Assembly: GCF_000283555.1 (NCBI RefSeq)
Contig: NC_016012.1
Coordinates: forward strand, 1,230,001 to 1,262,000
Direction: 5' to 3'
Source: Candidatus Arthromitus sp. SFB-rat-Yit
GTDB taxonomy: Bacteria; Bacillota; Clostridia; Clostridiales; Clostridiaceae
Length of the DNA: 32,000 bases
Shown: piece after piece, positions 9,481 through 16,346 of the stretch
Position numbering within the stretch: position 1 is the first letter of the stretch
Layout of the letters: each line of letters opens with the position of its first letter
Notes under the pieces: model-generated
What the model was told of the DNA's origin: nothing
Seen by the model: the letters and a program-made list of their open reading frames with translations, nothing else
Databases searched by the model: none
Program-made: the position numbers and the translations under genes

Positions 9481-10887
9481 ATGGTAATCATAGATTCTAT
9501 AATAAATAGCATCGATATAGATTATTTCAAGTTCAATTTAAATTTTCATAAATATGTACTTCAAAAACTAAAGACGGATAATTTCACAATTGATGAAGAC
9601 TTTGAAAGTAAGTTAAATAAACGCATAAAAGTTTTAAGCACGATAAATGGTACATGCCCTAATATTTTAAAATTTTTCATAAATGATGATTATATACAAT
9701 ATAAAGATGACCTAACTAATGAAAACCTAGTAGAATTAATAAATATTTTTTCTGATGATACACCAATAAAATTAAGTGCAAATCTAATTGTATTTAACGA
9801 AGAGCGTTGTATTGAAAGATCATTAAATGCTATTTCCACTTTCGCCGATGAAATATTAGTTTTAGATACAGGATCAACAGATAATACAGTAAAAATAATC
9901 AAAGAAAAATTTCCAAATGTTAAGCTATATAAAGATAAATGGAGAAAAGATTTTGCATACTCAAGAAACTTATTAATAGATAGATCCAATAATGATTGGA
10001 TATTATCTATAGATGCAGATGAAACCCCAACAGATGAATTTTATCTCATAAAAGATGTTATTTCATTATTTAATAATTTCAACTCAAACGAAAAACATCC
10101 ATTGGTATTTTCTCCAACAATAGATTCACTGGGTCAAAAAATAAATACTACAAAAAGAATTTTCAATAAAAAACATGAGATGAAATTCGATGGCAAAATT
10201 CATGAAGAAATCGTATCTAAAAATGAATCAGAAATCAATTACATTATGCTTAATTTAACACTTCTTCATGATGGATATCATCCTGAAGTATTTAAAAGCA
10301 AAAATAAAGCTGAGAGAAATACTGAGATACTTGAAAAAATGATAAAACTTGAACCTAATAAAATTAGATGGTACTACTTCCTTGGACGTGAAAAAAATAT
10401 ATTAGGTCATGATATAGATGAATGTATAAAAATATTGAAATCAGGATTAAAATTAAAACATACTCAAAATTCCATTGAAAACTTTTATTATAATATTCTA
10501 ACACTCTTAGCTAAAATAGCTGTATCACATAAAAAATATGATTTATTAAAAGAAGTCATAGATCTTATGGAATACGAAATACCAAACTCACTGGATAGCT
10601 TTTATTTTCAACTCATACTTGAAAATGATTCTGTAATGAGTGATAAATTTGATCAAATAAACTCAATGGTTAAATCAATAGGAGATATAACAAATAAGGT
10701 TAACACAATAGATGGAACTTATTCTCATGTTCTTCACACTCTCGGGATTATATATCTTAGTTTCAGAGATTATACAAGAGCATTTTATTATTTTAATCAA
10801 ATAACATCCCCCAAAAATATAGAAGCAATTAAATATATTTTAATTCCTCTAAGAAGTCAAATAGATGATTTCTTAAAAAATAAATAA
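9481..10887 (+). CDS. Family-2 glycosyltransferase with N-terminal extension and C-terminal TPR-like helical domain
   Basis: 468 aa with no signal peptide or TM segment. GT2 core reads LIVFNEERCIERSLNAISTFADEILVLDTGSTDNT...WRKDFAYSRNLLIDRSNNDWILSIDADE (DxD-type DAD). The C-terminal ~190 aa is helical-repeat-like (RWYYFLGRE..., YSHVLHTLGIIYLSFRDYTRAFYYFNQ). RBS is AAAGGTGG. Confidence 0.75.
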   Translation: MVIIDSIINSIDIDYFKFNLNFHKYVLQKLKTDNFTIDEDFESKLNKRIKVLSTINGTCPNILKFFINDDYIQYKDDLTNENLVELINIFSDDTPIKLSANLIVFNEERCIERSLNAISTFADEILVLDTGSTDNTVKIIKEKFPNVKLYKDKWRKDFAYSRNLLIDRSNNDWILSIDADETPTDEFYLIKDVISLFNNFNSNEKHPLVFSPTIDSLGQKINTTKRIFNKKHEMKFDGKIHEEIVSKNESEINYIMLNLTLLHDGYHPEVFKSKNKAERNTEILEKMIKLEPNKIRWYYFLGREKNILGHDIDECIKILKSGLKLKHTQNSIENFYYNILTLLAKIAVSHKKYDLLKEVIDLMEYEIPNSLDSFYFQLILENDSVMSDKFDQINSMVKSIGDITNKVNTIDGTYSHVLHTLGIIYLSFRDYTRAFYYFNQITSPKNIEAIKYILIPLRSQIDDFLKNK

Positions 10888-10916
10888 AGTGAAGTTCAAA
10901 TGAACTTCACTTTTTA
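10888..10916. terminator. Bidirectional terminator between convergent genes
   Basis: AGTGAAGTTC (10888-10897) pairs with GAACTTCACT (10902-10911), a 10-bp stem with T/A runs on both sides. Confidence 0.75.
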
Positions 10917-10920
10917 TATA

Positions 10921-13845
10921 TTATTCAAATTTAATTCCTAATGTAGTTGCCATCGCTCTTACTTCATCAGTATCTAACATTCTTGATACAACAGCAGCTC
11001 TAGCTTGACTTTGAGGTTCTCCAGCTTGTATAGCTTTTTCGATTTCAGATGTCCAGAAAGTAACCCCTTCAGTTTCTCCAGCTCTATCTACTATAGCATA
11101 CATAGCTTCAACAAAGTTAGTATTGCTTAAGTTTTTCTCCAATAATTCAGGTGTAAACGAAAGTTGTCCTAAGAATCCTTTTAAAGTTTCTTCTTTAGCA
11201 GCCAATTTAGTAGTCCAGTATACTAGACCATCTCTATCTGGCTCTCTTGTAAAGAATGCTCTATAAACTCTTGAAACATATCCAGCTACGCCTGTTTCAC
11301 TTTGTGATTGAATAGTTGTTTTAAACGATGGTACAGTTAAAGTTGTACTCTTATCTCCATATCTTAATATCAATCTAAGATCTGTATAATCTGTATTAGA
11401 ATTAAGATCTGTTAACTCAATTACATTACTAGTAACATTATAAGTTGCTTTAACTCCATTAGATCCAGTTCCCGTAACTTCAACAGATATCATTTCTTTA
11501 TCAGTATTTTTAATCGTTGCGTTAACCGTTGCTGAGTTTGTAGTAACACCAGTTACATTAACACCTGCAGTTGAAACTTCAACTTTTGTAGTTCCAGCTC
11601 TTCCAGTTGCATATCTAGTTATGGCTTGTTGAGTTTTTGTACCATTAGATGGTATTGATCCTAATGCACCAGCTTTATCAGTTCTTATAGATGATACTCT
11701 ATTTCCATCCTCTGAAGTTGAAAACTCAAATTTAAAATCTGTAGATCTTCCAGCTTCAATTCCTGTTATAGTTATTTCAATCATTTCAGAAGCTGACTCA
11801 ACCGTACTCTCACTTCCTGTTATATGAGTATTCTCTAACAATGGATAGTCAATATCATAATCCCCAGATATACTGTTATTACCGTCTACATCCAATCCTT
11901 TAACAACTCTATAAGTTGTCTCAAAACTAACTCTTGAAGGATCTATTCTACTATAACTTCCATTATTATTTACATATACATCAACGCCACTTATGATATG
12001 GTCAGCATCTTTAATTCTTCCATAGAATCTTACTCCACCTGGAATTTGCTCATACTTAAGTTGTGAATCTATCCATAACTCAGATTTATAATCTTTATTT
12101 GTTTTTGCAAATATATTATTTTTTGCGTTATCAATATTTGTAGTTGAGTATGGGAATAACGAATCTCCACTTACAGAGTTATTTCTTCCTAAAGATATTG
12201 GATTTCCATATCTTTCTCTTCCATTTTCATTATAAACAGTTTCAATTGATAAAAAGTCATAACTTCTATCTCTATCTAAATTAGTGATCTCTACTGCAAA
12301 CCAGTTAGATGTAGATTTCTTGCCATCTTCAGATTTAACATTTTTAATAGTATAAGTCTCTCCAGCTCTTAATCCTCTAACTTCAAGTCTTTGTAAATTA
12401 CTAATATCGTCAACTTTAACTAAATAAGTTAATGTATCTAAACCAACATTAGCTTGGTATAATAAATCTCCTTTTACTAACTTGTCAAATCCAAATACTT
12501 GTGAAGTTTGATAATTTGACGTAGATATTGATAAATATTTATCACCTGTAACATAATTAGTAGCTTTCCTATCATCAAACCTTATTCTTTGACTTCTCTG
12601 ATCACCATTTATTGTATAATAAACATCAATATACTCAAAATCATAAGTAGTATTTGCATTTAATCCACCTATTTTAAGATCTCTATACCTTGTACCATGG
12701 TTAACTGTATCACCATTAGAAAGCTTACCAGTTTCAAAATCTCCAATTTGGGCTTCGTAGCTATCTCCACGTCTATCAACTACAGTAGCACCTGTTATAG
12801 TTTTATTTGTATCTTTAAAAAGATCTATTAAAGTTATTGTAGACCCTGTAGACTTAACAAATACATGTTCTCCACTATCAATTACATTATTTCTTCCATT
12901 TGATAACTCTTGATATTGGCTTTGATTACCAACCATCGCATATAAAGAATCAGTTAATATCCAAGTAGAAGTAGGAACTGTAGATATACCTGCGTTATAT
13001 GATATGCTATTTTGAACTGAATAGTTTGTAGCATCAACTTGTCCACTACTATAATTTGTAGCTACTGTCAATTTATCTCTAGAATCTAATTCAATATTAG
13101 TTATTTTTATATCTGTTGGAAGTCCTCTTAGTGTAACATAAATTAAACCATTCTCATCAACTAAAGATCTCAAATCATTAGAATTTGAAATTCTTCCTGA
13201 ATCTGTTTCAGGACAATCTAAGCTAAGCTCATTAAATCTTACAGTTGTTGTTCTAGTTCTACCATCACTCAATTCATAAGTGATTAAAAATCTTACATCC
13301 TGATTGCTATTATTAACAACATCAAAAGCAGTTAACAATTCACTAGCTAATCTTTCTTGATTTTGTGTATTAATTGCAACACCATTATTATGTCTATTTG
13401 CATTAACAGTATTTACGTTATTTCTATGCTCAGATACTGCATCATCAACGTATCTTCTAAACGTTCTTTCTAATTCTCCTGATAATCTTATACCTATTCT
13501 TGCAACTCCACCCTCATTTGCATCAGCTTTATAAGTTTTATTCGTACCGCTAACAGTTGTATCAGAAGTTAAAACCTCAGTTAAAATCTTTTCGATTGAG
13601 AAAACACTTTCTTCTGTCTTCTTAGCATTACTAGCTAATGTAACCTGAGTTGTACTTGTAAAACTATCCACATAACCTTTACTATTTAAAGTCCAACTAT
13701 TCTCATATCTTCCATCATTAATTTCTGCTGCATTAACTTTTATATTATTAACAGGTAAAACTGATAAAGTCATAGCTAACATCGCAATACCTGCAATCAA
13801 TTTTCTTAATTTTAAAGATTTCATACTTATCCTCCTAATTTTCAA
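10921..13845 (-). CDS. Large secreted surface protein (S-layer-like candidate): signal peptide, at least 4 FN3-like modules, tandem C-terminal DUF4214-type repeats
   Basis: 974-aa ORF with RBS AGGAGGA 6 nt upstream. The signal peptide ends ...LSVLPVNNIKVNA. Recurring modules include DLKIGGLNANTTYDFEYIDVYYTINGDQRSQRIRF, VEITNLDRDRSYDFLSIETVYNENGRERYG, ITITGIEAGRSTDFKFEFSTSEDGNR and IELTDLNSNTDYTDLRLILRYGDKSTTL. The tail has YVSRVYRAFFTREPDRDGLVYWTTKL and FVEAMYAIVDRAGETEGVTFWTSEI. Confidence 0.85.
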   Translation of the reverse strand: MKIRRISMKSLKLRKLIAGIAMLAMTLSVLPVNNIKVNAAEINDGRYENSWTLNSKGYVDSFTSTTQVTLASNAKKTEESVFSIEKILTEVLTSDTTVSGTNKTYKADANEGGVARIGIRLSGELERTFRRYVDDAVSEHRNNVNTVNANRHNNGVAINTQNQERLASELLTAFDVVNNSNQDVRFLITYELSDGRTRTTTVRFNELSLDCPETDSGRISNSNDLRSLVDENGLIYVTLRGLPTDIKITNIELDSRDKLTVATNYSSGQVDATNYSVQNSISYNAGISTVPTSTWILTDSLYAMVGNQSQYQELSNGRNNVIDSGEHVFVKSTGSTITLIDLFKDTNKTITGATVVDRRGDSYEAQIGDFETGKLSNGDTVNHGTRYRDLKIGGLNANTTYDFEYIDVYYTINGDQRSQRIRFDDRKATNYVTGDKYLSISTSNYQTSQVFGFDKLVKGDLLYQANVGLDTLTYLVKVDDISNLQRLEVRGLRAGETYTIKNVKSEDGKKSTSNWFAVEITNLDRDRSYDFLSIETVYNENGRERYGNPISLGRNNSVSGDSLFPYSTTNIDNAKNNIFAKTNKDYKSELWIDSQLKYEQIPGGVRFYGRIKDADHIISGVDVYVNNNGSYSRIDPSRVSFETTYRVVKGLDVDGNNSISGDYDIDYPLLENTHITGSESTVESASEMIEITITGIEAGRSTDFKFEFSTSEDGNRVSSIRTDKAGALGSIPSNGTKTQQAITRYATGRAGTTKVEVSTAGVNVTGVTTNSATVNATIKNTDKEMISVEVTGTGSNGVKATYNVTSNVIELTDLNSNTDYTDLRLILRYGDKSTTLTVPSFKTTIQSQSETGVAGYVSRVYRAFFTREPDRDGLVYWTTKLAAKEETLKGFLGQLSFTPELLEKNLSNTNFVEAMYAIVDRAGETEGVTFWTSEIEKAIQAGEPQSQARAAVVSRMLDTDEVRAMATTLGIKFE

Positions 13846-14125
13846 AACAAAGTTAAAAATTAATTTCCATTATTTCAGTGAAACTTGTATTGTGACCCTT
13901 CCTTTGTTAAATAATAACATTTGTAATCTTTTTTTAACATATTTGTATTACTTCATTTACCTAATATTTTTTGCTTTATTTTGTTATTTTCTCCTATTTT
14001 CTCTCTTTTTCTTAATTTTTTGTATTTTATACATAAAATAGAGTTTAAAATTGTTTTAAAAAACAATGAAGAGCATCTAAAATAAGATGCTCTAATAAAT
14101 TATCAAACTAAGGCATTACAAAAAT

Positions 14126-14153
14126 ATTTTAAAAATCAATCATCAATCGTCAA
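14126..14153 (-). promoter_or_regulatory. Candidate promoter for a long (~275 nt) leader of the 974-aa gene
   Basis: On the minus strand: TTGACG (14153-14148), a 16-nt spacer, then TAAAAT (14131-14126). Other AT-rich candidates exist, so this is tentative. Confidence 0.3.
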
Positions 14154-14425
14154 AGTTATAAATTAAATAAAATCATACTATAACATCACTAAATCTGCCA
14201 GAATATAGGAATAAATATATAGATAACCATACATTAAAAATGTTTATAATCAATAAATAACTATAAATAAAAGTACATATTTATTATACATAATGTATAC
14301 AAAATATTCAATAATATAAATAGTTATTATTTTTAAAAAAATAGATTGATTTATTTTTTCGTTTATTATATTTATTATAATTTATAATTATTCAATATAC
14401 CAATCACAAATCGGAGGATTAGTCA

Positions 14426-15157
14426 ATGAAAAATAAATTAAAATTACTTCATTTTATTATAGTTTATCCATCTATTTGGCTTATCTACTATGTATTTGAA
14501 CTAATATCAAAAAATATTTCAGATACATATAGCATGGTAATGAACTTATTACCAGCATTATTATTATTAATTATTTCATACTTATTTTATAAATACTGTG
14601 AAAAATCTATAATTCTTAAAGATGCTCACTTAACCATAATAATATTAATATTATTTGCAATTGACCAATTATCTAAAATAACTGTTTCTACGATATTTAG
14701 TAAAAATAATATATATTCTTTTAATATAATTCCAAATTATTTATCTATTACTCCAGATTTAAATGATAAAGGCTCATTTATAGCATCTAGATTCAATATA
14801 AACGCTCCTTTTGTGATTTTTATCACTTTGAATTTTTTAATTCTATTATTTATATTTTTTACATACAGATATATTTTCTATAAAAACCAAATAAATTCCA
14901 TAAATCAATTAACTTTTATATTTTTATTTTCAGGTGGTTTATGCTCTCTTATAGACAAATTATTCTGGGGTGGAAGTTTAGATTTCTTGCACATACATAA
15001 CTTATTTATTGCTGATATTAAGGATATTTTTATAACACTTGGTTTATGTAATTTCATTATATATAACATAAATTCAGATTATCAAATTAAAATAAAAGAT
15101 TTAATGAAATTTATAATAAAATTTTTAAAATTTAAAGGAGGTAAACATGAGTCCTAA
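14426..15157 (+). CDS. Divergent signal peptidase II (LspA)-family membrane protein with an N-terminal extension
   Basis: 243 aa with RBS GGAGGA 7 nt upstream. Blocks collinear with LspA: ILFAIDQLSKITV (AADQLTK region), ITPDLNDKGSF (HRNTGAAF region), SGGLCSLIDKLFWGGSLDFLHI (GGAxGNxxDR...VVDF region) and LFIADIKD (FNxAD). Both catalytic Asp positions are retained. About 70 extra N-terminal residues form two more hydrophobic helices. Confidence 0.6.
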   Translation: MKNKLKLLHFIIVYPSIWLIYYVFELISKNISDTYSMVMNLLPALLLLIISYLFYKYCEKSIILKDAHLTIIILILFAIDQLSKITVSTIFSKNNIYSFNIIPNYLSITPDLNDKGSFIASRFNINAPFVIFITLNFLILLFIFFTYRYIFYKNQINSINQLTFIFLFSGGLCSLIDKLFWGGSLDFLHIHNLFIADIKDIFITLGLCNFIIYNINSDYQIKIKDLMKFIIKFLKFKGGKHES

Positions 15158-16313
15158 TTTTTTAATAGAATTATGTTTAATTTTATTACTTACAAAAGTT
15201 TTAGGATCCATAACAAACAAACTAAGACTTACAAATGTCGTTGGTGCTTTAATAGCCGGAGTAATATTAGGTCCATCAGTATTAAAAATAGTTTCATACG
15301 ATACATTTTGGGAATATGCAGCAAATATAGGTGTAATACTCTTAATGTTTAACGCAGGACTCGAAACAGATATAGATCATCTAAAAAAGGTAGGAATGTC
15401 ATCTTTTTTAATAGCTCTACTAGGAGTTATCATTCCTTTAATTGTAGGATTTTCAATTGGATATTTCATAATGAACTTACCTTATTTAGATAGTTTGTTC
15501 TTAGGAATTATATTTACTCCAACATCTGTTTCTATAACATCTCAAACACTTAAAGACCTTAAAGTATTTTCTTCAAAATCTGGTTCTGCAATTATGGGAT
15601 CTGCAATTATAGATGATATTTTAGGGGTGTTTATTTTAACACTTTTTGGAGGGTCTCTTGGACAAGAAGTTAAAATACAATCAGTTGTAATAGGATTGCT
15701 ATTATTCTTCGTATTTGTATTCTTATTAATTAAATTCTTGCCTCCATTCTTAAATAATTTAAGTATAAATAAGGAACATAAACACAGAATGCCATTATAT
15801 GCCCTTATATTATGTTTTGCTATATCATTTATTAGCGAAGAATTCTTCCATGTTACTTCTATAATAGGAGCATATTTAACTGGTATTGTATTCTCTAAAT
15901 ATGTTTTCCAACATACAGTTTACAAACAACTTAATTATTTAAGTTACTTTATATTCTCTCCTATATTCTTTGCAAGTATAGGAATGCAAACCAAATTATC
16001 ATCCTTCAATAAAACTGTAATAATATTTACTTTAATTCTATTCATAGGTGCTGCATTAAGTAAATTCGTTGCATGTTTTATTACATCAAAAGTATTAGGA
16101 TACAACTTCAAAGACTCCTCACGTATAGGAGCTGGAATGATCTCAAGAGGGGAAGTTGCATTAATAATTATAAATATTGGTATAACTAATCAAATACTTA
16201 GTGAAAATCTAGTTTCACCTCTTATAATAGTTGTAATTTTAACTACAATTATTACTCCAATACTTTTATCTAGGCTTTACGCAAATATGAACAAAGAAGT
16301 TTTAATAAATTAA
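15147..16313 (+). CDS. Cation:proton antiporter (CPA2, NapA/KefB-like membrane domain)
   Basis: 388-aa polytopic protein with AGVILGPSVLK and ILLMFNAGLETD motifs typical of Na_H_Exchanger family proteins. RBS AAAGGAGG lies inside the upstream gene. The start overlaps the upstream gene by 11 nt. Confidence 0.8.
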   Translation: MSPNFLIELCLILLLTKVLGSITNKLRLTNVVGALIAGVILGPSVLKIVSYDTFWEYAANIGVILLMFNAGLETDIDHLKKVGMSSFLIALLGVIIPLIVGFSIGYFIMNLPYLDSLFLGIIFTPTSVSITSQTLKDLKVFSSKSGSAIMGSAIIDDILGVFILTLFGGSLGQEVKIQSVVIGLLLFFVFVFLLIKFLPPFLNNLSINKEHKHRMPLYALILCFAISFISEEFFHVTSIIGAYLTGIVFSKYVFQHTVYKQLNYLSYFIFSPIFFASIGMQTKLSSFNKTVIIFTLILFIGAALSKFVACFITSKVLGYNFKDSSRIGAGMISRGEVALIIINIGITNQILSENLVSPLIIVVILTTIITPILLSRLYANMNKEVLIN

Positions 16314-16346
16314 AAAGGGATTAACTTAAATAAGTTAATCCCTTTT
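16312..16346. terminator. Bidirectional terminator
   Basis: GGGATTAACTT (16317-16327) pairs with AAGTTAATCCC (16332-16342), an 11-bp stem flanked by AAAAA and TTTT. Confidence 0.8.

Noticed and set aside
14285-14299. Palindrome TATACAT-A-ATGTATA upstream of the lspA-like gene as a possible operator.
   Set aside because: A 7-bp AT-only palindrome is expected by chance in DNA this AT-rich. There is no second copy and no adjacent regulator gene.
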